Shown here piece by piece: positions 42,206 through 51,954 of a stretch of 64,000 nt of DNA; position 1 is the first letter of the stretch, and each line of letters opens with the position of its first letter. The notes beneath the pieces are model-generated. The model was not told where the DNA came from and did not search any database. It saw only the letters and a program-made list of their open reading frames with translations. The position numbers were made by a program, and so were the translations under genes. Origin of the DNA: Terriglobia bacterium. GTDB lineage: Bacteria; Acidobacteriota; Terriglobia; 20CM-2-55-15. The stretch spans positions 128,001-192,000 of the forward strand of contig CBDCLE010000002.1 of assembly GCA_965218585.1 (NCBI GenBank), in the 5' to 3' direction.

Positions 42206-43162
42206 ATGTCACCTTCTCGCCGTGCCTGGTTGCAGATTCACTTCTGCGTCGTTCTATGGGGATTCACCGCAATCCTGGGCAAAGTGATCACGCTGTCAGC
42301 GTTGCCTCTGGTCTGGTGGCGCATGACGCTGGTAGCGGTCGCATTGATGTTCGTCGGACGATTCTGGAGAGGCCTTGCCAGACTATCACCTCGACTGATC
42401 GCCATATATGCGGGTATTGGCACGATCGTTGCGATGCACTGGCTCACGTTCTATGGCTCGATCAAGCTGTCGAACGCTTCCGTTGCTGCGACGTGTATGG
42501 CCCTGGCACCCATGTTCATTGCATTCGTCGAACCGATCGTCGTCGGGAAGCGGTTCGAGGTGCGTGACCTGCTCTTTGGACTTGCGGTCATCCCGGGAGT
42601 CGCCCTCGTCGTTGGCGGCACGCCGACAGGGATGCGGACCGGTATCCTGGTTGGGGTGTTATCTGCGTTCTTTGTGGCAGTCTTCGCGGCCCTCAACAAG
42701 CGTTTCGTGGAAGGAGGCGCTGCCTTGAGCATCACCGGGCTTGAAATGGGAGCTGGAGCTGCTTTCCTGACGATTGCGGCGCCTCTGTTACCGATGGTCG
42801 ACTCGGTTTTCGTCATGCCCAACCGGCAAGACGCTGTACTCCTGTTCGTGCTCGCCATGGTATGTACGCTACTGCCCTTTGCACTTTCGCTGGTCGCACT
42901 CCGGCATCTTTCGGCCTTCTCGACCACGCTCGCAGTCAACATGGAACCCGTATATGCGATCCTGCTGGCCATCATCCTTCTGGGTGAACAGAGGGAACTG
43001 AGCCCCATCTTCTATGCAGGCGTCGCGATCATTCTCCTGATCGTCTTTGGTCATCCACTCGTTACACGCAGTCAGAGGGCGGTGTTCGCGGACCTTACTG
43101 TTTCGGTAAGTGGCAGCGAAGCCACGATCGAAGACGATCGCAGTCGGGGGAGTTCGATCTGA
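42206..43162 (+). CDS. DMT/EamA transporter
   Basis: About 10 TM helices; WGFTAILGK and NMEPVYAI. Confidence 0.92.
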   Translation: MSPSRRAWLQIHFCVVLWGFTAILGKVITLSALPLVWWRMTLVAVALMFVGRFWRGLARLSPRLIAIYAGIGTIVAMHWLTFYGSIKLSNASVAATCMALAPMFIAFVEPIVVGKRFEVRDLLFGLAVIPGVALVVGGTPTGMRTGILVGVLSAFFVAVFAALNKRFVEGGAALSITGLEMGAGAAFLTIAAPLLPMVDSVFVMPNRQDAVLLFVLAMVCTLLPFALSLVALRHLSAFSTTLAVNMEPVYAILLAIILLGEQRELSPIFYAGVAIILLIVFGHPLVTRSQRAVFADLTVSVSGSEATIEDDRSRGSSI

Positions 43163-43170
43163 AGGAATGG

Positions 43171-43650
43171 TCAGTCGTCGTCGAATAACAGAACTTGCTC
43201 ATCAGGCATCCCAGCCGCCCAATCCGGCGACCATTCCCTGAATCCAAGAGATTCAAAGAAACGGGCGGCAAGTTCGTTGCTCCTGAGATGGCTTGTACTG
43301 ATAACGTTCACGTCGGGATTCGAACGCAGTTTTCGAATGATTGCACGCACAGCGGCGGTGCCATACCCTCTTCGCTGATACCGCTCATCGATCATAATTC
43401 GCGTTATGAAGCCGACAGCCTCAGAGATCTCATACATCGTGAAGCCCACCATCCTGGGGTTGTTATCCACGGCTTCATAGACGGCAAACGGATGCACCGT
43501 GTATCTGTGGACATAGGCCTCGGCCAGTGAAGTAGCGTTTGGAGCCACCATGCCGTGCTGAGATCTAGCCACGTCCAGGGCGAGGCATTCCCTCAGGTTC
43601 TTTGGCGTTATGTCTTTCAAAGTGACTTTCATCGCAAATTCAGTCTTCAT
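43171..43650 (-). CDS. GNAT acetyltransferase (SpeG/BltD-like)
   Basis: MIDERYQRRGYG and FFESLGF. Confidence 0.88.
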   Translation of the reverse strand: MKTEFAMKVTLKDITPKNLRECLALDVARSQHGMVAPNATSLAEAYVHRYTVHPFAVYEAVDNNPRMVGFTMYEISEAVGFITRIMIDERYQRRGYGTAAVRAIIRKLRSNPDVNVISTSHLRSNELAARFFESLGFREWSPDWAAGMPDEQVLLFDDD

Positions 43651-43880
43651 AATTGGTTATCTCCGGTCGGTTCCCCATGGCACAGAGCTGTCCCCAATTA
43701 AATAAGACGTAACCTAGGTCGCTGTACGTGCTGACGCTCGCCGATTAACTCAGCTATTCCCTCCTGGGTCAAAATGCCTGACACTTCCGGGCACTTTTCT
43801 TTGCCTCTCTCTTTCGGGTTCTATATGATTCGGCTCAGTTTCAAAGCGGATACTCTCATCACTTGGAGAACAGACTGCGC

Positions 43881-45485
43881 ATGGCTAATGAAATTAGAAT
43901 GAACGACCTCCAACAACGACCTGGTACAGGAATCTTTTGGAGCCTTTTCCTCTCGTCGCTCCTGATTGCGGCTTGCCAGCCGGCTGAAGAACCCTCAGCT
44001 TCCGAGTTTCAGATAGAAGAAGCCACGATCAGCGAGATTCATGAGGCGATGGAGGCCGGCCGGTTGACGGCCGTGGGGTTGGTTGATTCTTATCTGGCGC
44101 GCATTGAGGCGTACGACAAACAAGGCCCGGCTCTGAACGCAATCATCCTTGTCAATCCCGAAGCACGTGAAAGGGCTGCAGAGTTGGATGAGGAATTCGC
44201 ACTTTCCGGCTTGACCGGCCCCCTCCACGGAATTCCGGTCATCGTAAAGGATAACTACGACACGTTTGACCTTCCAACCAGTGGGGGGTCGATGTCGCTT
44301 GAAGACTCCCTTCCACCAGACGATGCGCATCAAGTTCGAAAAATCCGCGAAGCCGGGGCGATCGTGTTGGCCAAATCAAATATGGCCGAGTTCGCTTTCT
44401 CTCCCTACGAAACGGTCGGATCACGGCTGGGTGGATACACACGGAATCCCTACGCACTGAACCGGGTCACGGCGGGATCCAGCGGTGGAACAGCGGCAGC
44501 GGTAGCCGCCAGCTTCGGCGCAGTGGGGCTGGGTACGGACACTGGGAATTCAATCAGAGGTCCGTCCGCCCACCAGAGCCTTGTGGGCATTCGCTCGACG
44601 ATGGGACTGACGAGCCGTGACGGCATCGTTCCGCTCAACCTCTCCCGGGACATAGGCGGCCCCATGGCCCGTACAGTAGCTGACGCGGTGGCCATCTTCG
44701 ATGTGATTGCGGGAACTGACCCGGCGGATCCGGCTACAGCCGAGGGAGGGGACCGACGTTCCGAGCGGTACGCCGATTTTCTTGTGCCAGACGGCCTGAC
44801 AGGAGCACGGATCGGGGTCCTCAGGGAAATGTCGGATGAAACGGCCGATCCCGCCGTGATCCAACGCCTGGATGAGGCCCTGGAAGATATGCGTCGGCTT
44901 GGGGCTGTCATCGTCGACCCGGCTGCTCTTCCTGAAGAACAGGAGGAGGAGGCGGGGAACGACGGTCCCGGATGCAGCCGCTTCAAGTTCGAGTTGAACG
45001 CTTACCTGACGAGTCTGGGGCCGGATGCGCCAGTCGGAAGCCTCGAGGAGATCATCGATTCAGGAGAGTTTCACCCGACGATCGCGCAGCGTCTCCGAGG
45101 AGCCCAGGATGTGGTCGAACCTCCCGAAGAGCAACCGGCATGCGAGCGACAGGCACAACGAGACGCCCGACTGCGGGAGAGGGTTCGGAGCATGCTGGAG
45201 GAGAACCAACTGGACGCGGTCGTTTATCCGACGTGGGACAATCCGCCCCGGCTCATCGGCGATCTCAATTCACCCCACGGAAACAACAGCCCACAGCTTT
45301 CACCCCCAACAGGGTTTCCTGCTATGACCGTACCCATGGGGTTTGTCGGTGAGGGATTGCCGGTCGGCCTCCAGATCCTGGGGGATGCCTGGTCGGAACC
45401 GACTCTGATCTCGATCGCATACTCGTACGAACAGGGGACGCAGCATCGCGTGCCACCACCTACGACACCGCGAATCGGTCAATAG
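43881..45485 (+). CDS. Amidase signature family lipoprotein
   Basis: GIPVIVKD, GSSGG, GTDTGNSIR, IAAC lipobox. Start uncertain. Confidence 0.93.
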   Translation: MANEIRMNDLQQRPGTGIFWSLFLSSLLIAACQPAEEPSASEFQIEEATISEIHEAMEAGRLTAVGLVDSYLARIEAYDKQGPALNAIILVNPEARERAAELDEEFALSGLTGPLHGIPVIVKDNYDTFDLPTSGGSMSLEDSLPPDDAHQVRKIREAGAIVLAKSNMAEFAFSPYETVGSRLGGYTRNPYALNRVTAGSSGGTAAAVAASFGAVGLGTDTGNSIRGPSAHQSLVGIRSTMGLTSRDGIVPLNLSRDIGGPMARTVADAVAIFDVIAGTDPADPATAEGGDRRSERYADFLVPDGLTGARIGVLREMSDETADPAVIQRLDEALEDMRRLGAVIVDPAALPEEQEEEAGNDGPGCSRFKFELNAYLTSLGPDAPVGSLEEIIDSGEFHPTIAQRLRGAQDVVEPPEEQPACERQAQRDARLRERVRSMLEENQLDAVVYPTWDNPPRLIGDLNSPHGNNSPQLSPPTGFPAMTVPMGFVGEGLPVGLQILGDAWSEPTLISIAYSYEQGTQHRVPPPTTPRIGQ

Positions 45486-45490
45486 ACCAG

Positions 45491-45955
45491 ATGACAGATA
45501 CTGACAACGTCGGAGTAGCGTTTCATCCGCCCCTCCTGCTGTTAGGTTCGATCGTTGCGGGCTTTGCTGTGCGCTGGCTCGCACCCCTGACCTTTCTTCC
45601 GGAGGCGCTCACCTTTTCAGTCGGCCTTCCTGTTACCGCCATCTCTTTTGCACTGTTTTTCTGGGCCGTCGGCACAATGCGGGGAAGTGGAGCCTCAATA
45701 CCGACAAACGAACCCACAGCGTTCATCGTGTCGGGAGGACCTTACGGCTTCTCGCGCAATCCCATTTATCTGTCGATGCTGCTGCTTCAGGTCGGAATCG
45801 CCTTCTGGGCAAACAGCCTCTGGTTCATCGGAATCGCGGGAGTGTCGGCCCTACTTCTCGTGTGGGGTGTAATTCGACGCGAAGAATGGTATCTGGAACG
45901 GAAATTCGGGGAGGATTACGTCGCCTACCGGACACGCGTGCGGCGCTGGCTATGA
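45491..45955 (+). CDS. Isoprenylcysteine carboxyl methyltransferase family protein
   Basis: GPYGFSRNPIY and EE..L..KFG..Y..Y...VRRW. Confidence 0.92.
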   Translation: MTDTDNVGVAFHPPLLLLGSIVAGFAVRWLAPLTFLPEALTFSVGLPVTAISFALFFWAVGTMRGSGASIPTNEPTAFIVSGGPYGFSRNPIYLSMLLLQVGIAFWANSLWFIGIAGVSALLLVWGVIRREEWYLERKFGEDYVAYRTRVRRWL

Positions 45956-46009
45956 CGTCGATCCTTACTCTTTTCCAGGTTACAGAACTGTAGGAAAGGC
46001 ACTTAAATC

Positions 46010-46609
46010 TTAGTCGCGTACTACCCGGCTGAGCGCGTGGATCTGTGCGAGGTTCTCTCGCATTTCGACAAACTCTTCGACCTGAATGCCGCCGCCTTGA
46101 AACGTCTCGATCGTCTCAACTATCTGTTTCACCATCGGGCTGAGTTCGACCAGTCCCGACCGAACATCGCCCTCAGAAGGGTCTTCGACTTCTATGGGCT
46201 CCACGTCAAATCGCCACTCGAAGAATTCGATCATCTGCCCGGCGACTTCTTCCAGATCCTCCACCCGATCCTCAAGGTCTCTCCGAACCTGCCTGTCTGA
46301 AACTCGGTCGTATTGACCCGCCCAGTCTTCTTCTCCAAGTTCGGACAGCTTCACGACGTTCTCCCCGAAGCGTTCCATCTGAAGCCGTTCGTATCTCGCC
46401 CTTCCCTCGGGTGTGTTCCAGAAATTCGCACCAAAGCCGGGGGTGTTAAATCCCTCCAGATCGAATCCCTTATCGAGATATTCCAGATCGGTCCTCCGCC
46501 CCCCGCTGGTCGGGCTGGCGGGACCCAGCCCCTGGGCACTCGCCTCGGACGCTATCATCAGAAGAGCGCTTGCCATTAACACGGACCGGACAACTAATTT
46601 AAGGGTCAT
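46010..46609 (-). CDS. Hypothetical exported helical protein
   Basis: GGAGGAG RBS, signal peptide MTLKLVV...ASA, acidic helices. Confidence 0.75.
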   Translation of the reverse strand: MTLKLVVRSVLMASALLMIASEASAQGLGPASPTSGGRRTDLEYLDKGFDLEGFNTPGFGANFWNTPEGRARYERLQMERFGENVVKLSELGEEDWAGQYDRVSDRQVRRDLEDRVEDLEEVAGQMIEFFEWRFDVEPIEVEDPSEGDVRSGLVELSPMVKQIVETIETFQGGGIQVEEFVEMRENLAQIHALSRVVRD

Positions 46610-46727
46610 GTCGGAGTCTCCTCCCGGCATCCTGCGCCTTTGACGCTGAATGTGCAAGAAAAAGCGCAGGTAGCCCAGGATTTTGGAGATTTGACTGTCT
46701 ATTCGGTCCGTATCTTGTTCCAACAGC

Positions 46728-47036
46728 TCAGACTTCGATCTCTATGTCGTCGCCTGTGACACGAACCGTGTAGCACGGAACACTGCCGGATGCCGGTGGC
46801 GAAAGGGCTTCGCCGGTGGTGAGATCAAACTTGGCGGCGTGCCATGGGCAAGTGACCACACTCCCTGCGACGGCCCCGCCTGAGAGCGGTGCGCCCTGAT
46901 GGGTGCACGAGCCGCCGATCGCGTAGCAGGTACCATCCACATTGAAGATGGCAACTTTATTGCCACCCACCTCAACTGTTTTGCCTTGACCGGCGGGCAC
47001 GTCCCCCGTACTGGCCGCCTTCACGAACTCTCCCAT
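46728..47036 (-). CDS. Rieske [2Fe-2S] ferredoxin
   Basis: CTH...CPWH motifs; GGAGG RBS. Confidence 0.95.
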   Translation of the reverse strand: MGEFVKAASTGDVPAGQGKTVEVGGNKVAIFNVDGTCYAIGGSCTHQGAPLSGGAVAGSVVTCPWHAAKFDLTTGEALSPPASGSVPCYTVRVTGDDIEIEV

Positions 47037-47318
47037 TCCTAACCTCCTTAATCCTTACTGACAAGATCATGCCAAAACATCAATGAAACATTAGACAACG
47101 ACATACGATAGTATTCCTTTCCGTTCGAAAACGGTACTGACCGGGCCAATTTTCCAGCCTCCAAAGTGATTTCTTCGGAATTTCCTGTAGCGCTCCCTCA
47201 AATTTCTTGACTCGAACGTGACACAAGATGATCGTAGTGGGGTCAGATGGTTTCTGACGCGACGAGAACTGGGGCAGACATCGATCGTGCCCCCTGGCTG
47301 CATGGAGGCGGCCACGCA

Positions 47319-47456
47319 ATGGACACACTCACCACCGACCAAAACCATCGACTCGACGAAGCTATTGACTGGATCGACACCTTCGCTGACGAACTTTTCG
47401 ACAATGAAGACGCGCAGTTGATCGACGCTCTTCTGGGAGCAGAAGACATTCGATAG
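47319..47456 (+). CDS. 45-aa acidic microprotein
   Basis: GGAGG RBS; MDTLTTDQNHRLDEAIDWIDTFADELFDNEDAQLIDALLGAEDIR. Confidence 0.55.
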   Translation: MDTLTTDQNHRLDEAIDWIDTFADELFDNEDAQLIDALLGAEDIR

Positions 47457-47479
47457 GCCCAAACCGATTCTTGACGGGG

Positions 47480-47932
47480 CTAGACACGGTCGTGATCGGC
47501 CTGCCAATCGCGGACCATCTTCTTGATTGCCGTGGAATCCTGAATGTCTTCGTCCAGAACCTTGCGCAACAGTTCGGGCATCTCCGCGTCCGAAGAAAAA
47601 CGGAGCGAAGCGAATTGCTTCATCCCTAGAGCCGGGATTCTCTGGTGGTCCTCAGGCGGCAGGATCTTCTCCAACCTGCTTCGCATCTCGACGCGAATGA
47701 TCCGATCCTGCAATTGCAGAGCATAGTGACGGACGAGTCCGACGCCGATGAAACTCCCTGCGCCGCTCAACATTAGTCCGCCGGCAATGAAATAGGGACC
47801 TCGATCGCCGTCCAGCAGAAACACTCCTACAAAAGCCGAGAGCGTTCCCAGCAGAATGAGCAGCAACGCCAGGGCCCAGGGCCTTGGCTTGACGGTATGA
47901 TTTTCAAAAGTTTGAGGAACTGCCTCTCCCAT
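47480..47932 (-). CDS. DUF6526-like membrane protein
   Basis: QTFENH, LQDRIIRVEMR, LRFSSDAE, WQADHDRV. Confidence 0.8.
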   Translation of the reverse strand: MGEAVPQTFENHTVKPRPWALALLLILLGTLSAFVGVFLLDGDRGPYFIAGGLMLSGAGSFIGVGLVRHYALQLQDRIIRVEMRSRLEKILPPEDHQRIPALGMKQFASLRFSSDAEMPELLRKVLDEDIQDSTAIKKMVRDWQADHDRV

Positions 47933-47978
47933 AATGACTCTCCTTGTTCAAAACTGAATCTGGAAGCGACCTTCTTCT

Positions 47979-48001
47979 GTAGGTGCGCTCTGTGAGCGCA
48001 C
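47979..48001 (+). repeat. GTAG-family REP element
   Basis: GTAG-GTGCGCTC-TGT-GAGCGCAC, matching the REP at 53386-53408. Confidence 0.75.
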
Positions 48002-48046
48002 GATAACACGCAACTGCTGGGGCGTGCGCCGTGGACGCACATACCT

Positions 48047-48562
48047 TCATTCCTCCAACTCTCCGAACTCATGGGAGTAGCCGACAAGTCCGCCATCAAC
48101 CGGCATAGCGCCCTCTTTCAACTCCAGAACCATGAAGGCTTCGTCCACCCCATACTCGTTGCCCAAACCGAACCGGCTCGCGCGCCGAAACCCGAAACGC
48201 GGGTAGTAGGACGGATGTCCGAGAAGAACAACGAAACCGATGGATCTTTCCCGACACATTCGGAGGCCTTCCCGAATGAGCTGGCCGCCGATGCCCTGAT
48301 TTTGAAATTCCGGGAGGACGCCGACCGGACCCAAACCCACACCGACCGAATCGGGCAGCTTCTCTACTCGAACCGGACTGAAAGCGACGTGGCCAACGAG
48401 GTTTGACGTGGGGACCGCAACGAGACTCAGGGAGAGATTGCCATTTTCACGCAGGCGGTCTACGAGTCGAGATTCTTCGTCCCCAGGGAAGGCCGCTCGA
48501 TGTACCTGGCGAATTGCTTCCAGGTCCTCGAGTCCCTCAAGGCGAACAACAGCCTTACTCAC
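48047..48562 (-). CDS. GNAT acetyltransferase (YhbS-like)
   Basis: VGHVAFS, QNQGIGGQL, LGHPSYYPRFGF. Confidence 0.92.
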   Translation of the reverse strand: MSKAVVRLEGLEDLEAIRQVHRAAFPGDEESRLVDRLRENGNLSLSLVAVPTSNLVGHVAFSPVRVEKLPDSVGVGLGPVGVLPEFQNQGIGGQLIREGLRMCRERSIGFVVLLGHPSYYPRFGFRRASRFGLGNEYGVDEAFMVLELKEGAMPVDGGLVGYSHEFGELEE

Positions 48563-48711
48563 CTGCCTTGGCTAGCCTCAACCGCGTACACGCAAAGCCG
48601 TTTCTTCCAGCGCAGGATTTCCTTTCCATTTGCATGCCGACCGTTCGAGCAACACGGGCGTGAGTGTAGATTTCCAGGATCGATCAACGAAACAAGGCGT
48701 TCGTCCCTCAC

Positions 48712-49260
48712 TCATCCCCGGTCAAGGTCGGGAGTCACGGACCCGGAGAGCAGGATGCTGAGCAGGGCCAGAACGAGCGAACCAAGCACCAAAGAACCTG
48801 GATACGACAGCAATGAATCGGACACGCTGGAGAGTCCGGCTGTCAGTTCGCCCAGAAGTGACTGAACCGTATTCCAATTCCAATACAACCCTACGAGAGA
48901 TCCCGGATATGACTCCAGGGTTTCGGACAAACTCGACACGCCAGCTGCCAGGTCGTTCAGAACCGACTGAACTCTGTTCCAGGTCCAGTACAACCCTACA
49001 GCCACAATAGTTGCGGCCACGCCCTGAATCGATGTCTTCACAAACCGGACGGTCCGCTCCTTGCCGGCCTGCTTCCGGGATATCTGCGCCTTTAGCCATA
49101 CCAGTTCAGGATCTGGTAGTGAGCTCTCGCTCTCGGCACTTGTTGCGAGAGACTGCATCCACTCGGCGGTCGACGCGATCTCTTCGCAGGAGGCGCACTC
49201 ATCGACATGACTCCTGAGAGACTCTTCCCAATCGTCACTCCGCACGGCCTCCAGGGCTGG
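48712..49260 (-). pseudogene. zf-HC2-type anti-sigma factor lacking its native start; 35-aa tandem repeat
   Basis: HVDECASC, LPDPELVW, and a duplicated GLYW.WN.VQS.L..L.AG.SS.S..L.SYPGSLV unit. Confidence 0.65.
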
Positions 49261-49607
49261 GGGACGGCCTTTTCGCGCCACCGTTGTTCCCGTTTCGCTG
49301 CTCTCCAATGGTCCGACACCAACGAGCCTGCCGTCTTGTAGAGATACGACCGGACCTGAAACTCGTTCAGTTCAGGGAGCTCGGCCCTAACAAGGCGATA
49401 GAAACATTCCTGAAGCAGGTCATCGGCCAGATCCCGGTCGCCGCACATCAGAGATAAGTACGACCGCAGCTTTCCCGCGGTCCTCTCATAGAAACGCCTG
49501 AATTCGGCCTCGTCCATCCTGATGGACTCCCGGCTGACTTCGCCCGCGAGTGCATCCGCTCCCGCGGCCAAGTCCAGAACTCGTTGAGCAGTCAAGTTTA
49601 CAGCCAT
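49261..49607 (-). pseudogene. ECF sigma factor, region 4 deleted
   Basis: Region 2 present (ADDLLQECF, RSYLYKTA...DHWR). The sequence then jumps out of frame into the anti-sigma gene; no HTH. Confidence 0.75.
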
Positions 49608-49641
49608 CGGTCTTCACTGGGACGACAGAGTATGCCGCACT

Positions 49642-50133
49642 TCAAGGCAGTTGGTCGACTTGGGTTGGCCGTTCGGCCTCTGATGGTTCCCACTTCTTCG
49701 AAATTCGGCCCATGACCGCACTGGAAATCAAAAATCCGATCCCGAGGGCAAGCAAAATGACACCTGGAGCCAGCAACTCCTCTCCTGCCGCTGTAAGCGC
49801 CAACATAGCCAATCCTAAAACTGTCAAAACAATCCCAGGCACGATCATTCTCATCGCCCTTGCCCGTGGATCAAAGAATCGGTCAAGAAAGGCGGCCCTT
49901 CTGCTTCTGTGTTGGCCGATTTGATCCAGGAAGCGTTGGCCGTTGTCAGTTGCAAGAAAGTTTGCCAGTTCTTTTCCGGAATCGAATTTGTCAAGAAAAC
50001 GCTTCTGAGTATCAGCTCGATGCAGAGCATCCGTTGCATTTGAACGGTGTCCAATCTGAACCAGCAGCACGATCATCGTAAATAGCCCCACAAAGATTAT
50101 CGTCGGGACTACAATTTCTGCTATTTCTGCCAT
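49642..50133 (-). CDS. Membrane protein (3 TM) upstream of the ECF gene
   Basis: TM helices and FLDKFDSGKEL..FL..D.GQRFL. Confidence 0.8.
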   Translation of the reverse strand: MAEIAEIVVPTIIFVGLFTMIVLLVQIGHRSNATDALHRADTQKRFLDKFDSGKELANFLATDNGQRFLDQIGQHRSRRAAFLDRFFDPRARAMRMIVPGIVLTVLGLAMLALTAAGEELLAPGVILLALGIGFLISSAVMGRISKKWEPSEAERPTQVDQLP

Positions 50134-50210
50134 TTCATCCCCCTATACACAGTTCGTCAAACGCCTGATTCCATAGAACATCTTTCGATCTTCTAATCAA
50201 TGTCATCACT

Positions 50211-50240
50211 TACAACGCTTTAGGATGGGAAAGGGTTAAC
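50211..50240 (-). promoter_or_regulatory. Candidate ECF promoter
   Basis: Minus strand TTAACC-N16-CGTTGTA upstream of the membrane protein/ECF operon. Confidence 0.4.
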
Positions 50241-50492
50241 AGACTTGGGAAGAATCTTGAATTCCTTGCGGTAGGCCATTCCCGATCAACGCGCTTTCCG
50301 GGCCAGAAACGCGAGACGGCCCCGGGCAAGCCGGTAGCCGCCATGAATTCTCGGGGCCATCTTCGGCCAAAACTTTGTCGGCGCAATCGATTTCACATTG
50401 GGATTCCGCGACCGAAACAACGCTATACTACGTGCCTCAGGTTTCAACATCTGAAGACTTTCTTCCAACAAGACTAAGGGGAACAACCAAAC

Positions 50493-50810
50493 ATGCCCTG
50501 GCAGGACAAATCAGGGTTCGGCTTTACGCAATCTGGCATTTTGGGGCACTCGGAAGAGGAGCCCGGTGTCTTCGGGCTGTTCCGGGACGAAGGGTGGGTC
50601 TTTATCGGTTACGCAGACAACATCCGGGCGAGCCTTCTCGCGCTGCTGACGCGGCCCGAATTCCAGCGGGAGAAACCGGAAGGATTCGTTTTCGAGAATT
50701 GGCCAGTGGATCGTTGTATCCAGCGGAGGGACGAACTGGTCCTGGAATACTATCCGACACTCAACCTGAAGATCGGCGGCCTGCCCGAGGGTCCAAAAGA
50801 CAACGAATAA
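50493..50810 (+). CDS. Small GIY-YIG-like hypothetical protein
   Basis: PGVFGL...VFIG.ADNIR..L motif pattern; AAGGGGA RBS. Confidence 0.65.
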   Translation: MPWQDKSGFGFTQSGILGHSEEEPGVFGLFRDEGWVFIGYADNIRASLLALLTRPEFQREKPEGFVFENWPVDRCIQRRDELVLEYYPTLNLKIGGLPEGPKDNE

Positions 50811-50936
50811 TTCTTCCCTTCCGACACTTGTTCCCGACGCGCAGGCGGTCAAGCGACTTACCTCACACCGACAGATCTCTTTCCGTGGCTTCAAGCCTTT
50901 GCCTGTGATGCCGGGAATCCGTTAGAGTCATAAACC

Positions 50937-51827
50937 GTGAGCCTTGAGAGGACGGCGAAAAACACGCGGCTAGGCTACGTTCAAATGGCCATCGGTGCGG
51001 CGTTGATCAGCTTTTCAGCCGTGTTCGTGAGAGGATCCGACCTCGGCCCCATCATGGCAGGCTTCTACAGAAATCTTTTCGGCGGGATTTTTCTACTGAT
51101 CCTTGTCCTTTATCGACGAGAAGCCTTGTGGCGAGGTGGGCGTCCCTTTCTGATAGCCCTTGTCGCGGCGGCGTTCTTTGCAGCAGATCTCAGCTTCTGG
51201 CACCGCTCGATCCTGTTTGTGGGACCGGGTCTGGCAACATTGATAGCCAATTTTCAGGTCTTCTTCCTTGCAGGCTTCGGAATCCTGGTTTTCAAAGAGG
51301 CCGCCGGATGGAGGCTTCTGATCTCGATTCCGCTGGCCGTTACCGGATTGTTCATGCTCGTCGGCATCGACTGGAACAGGCTCGAAGCCAACTACCAGCT
51401 CGGCGTCTACCTCGGCCTTGCTTCGGCCCTCGCCTACTCGCTTTATCTGTTGGTCCTGCGTAAGTCTCAGTCCGATACCCCTCGGCTGGGGGCATCGGTC
51501 AACCTTTTGATCATTTCATTTGCTGTTGCCGCGGTCATGGGTGCTGAGGGTTACTTGCAGGGTGAAAGCTTCCTCATCCCGGACCTTCGGAACTGGACAT
51601 TGATGGTCGGTTATGGGGTACTCAGCCATTCCCTCGGCTGGATCGCAATCAGTCGAGGTATCCCCCGGCTGGACGCATCGCGAGCCGGACTGATCCTGCT
51701 GTCCCAACCGGTGATGACATTTGCCTGGGATGTGCTTTTCTTCGGAAGGGTCCTGAGCCTGGTCGACATCAGTGGTGCAGCCCTGGCTCTGGGAGCGATT
51801 TATCTGGGAGGTATGCGAAAGCGATAA
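50937..51827 (+). CDS. DMT/EamA transporter
   Basis: About 10 TM helices; ISFSAVFV and ATLIANFQVF. Confidence 0.92.
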   Translation: MSLERTAKNTRLGYVQMAIGAALISFSAVFVRGSDLGPIMAGFYRNLFGGIFLLILVLYRREALWRGGRPFLIALVAAAFFAADLSFWHRSILFVGPGLATLIANFQVFFLAGFGILVFKEAAGWRLLISIPLAVTGLFMLVGIDWNRLEANYQLGVYLGLASALAYSLYLLVLRKSQSDTPRLGASVNLLIISFAVAAVMGAEGYLQGESFLIPDLRNWTLMVGYGVLSHSLGWIAISRGIPRLDASRAGLILLSQPVMTFAWDVLFFGRVLSLVDISGAALALGAIYLGGMRKR

Positions 51828-51954
51828 AAGAGGCGTTCACGATGCCGCAAACCCTCTGAAGTACCCGATCCAACTAGCAAAATTCGTGAAACTTTGCTGC
51901 TAAGACCCTTGGTGGATTCTTACTGGGTTAATTGGCGGGTCACCACGATTGCAC

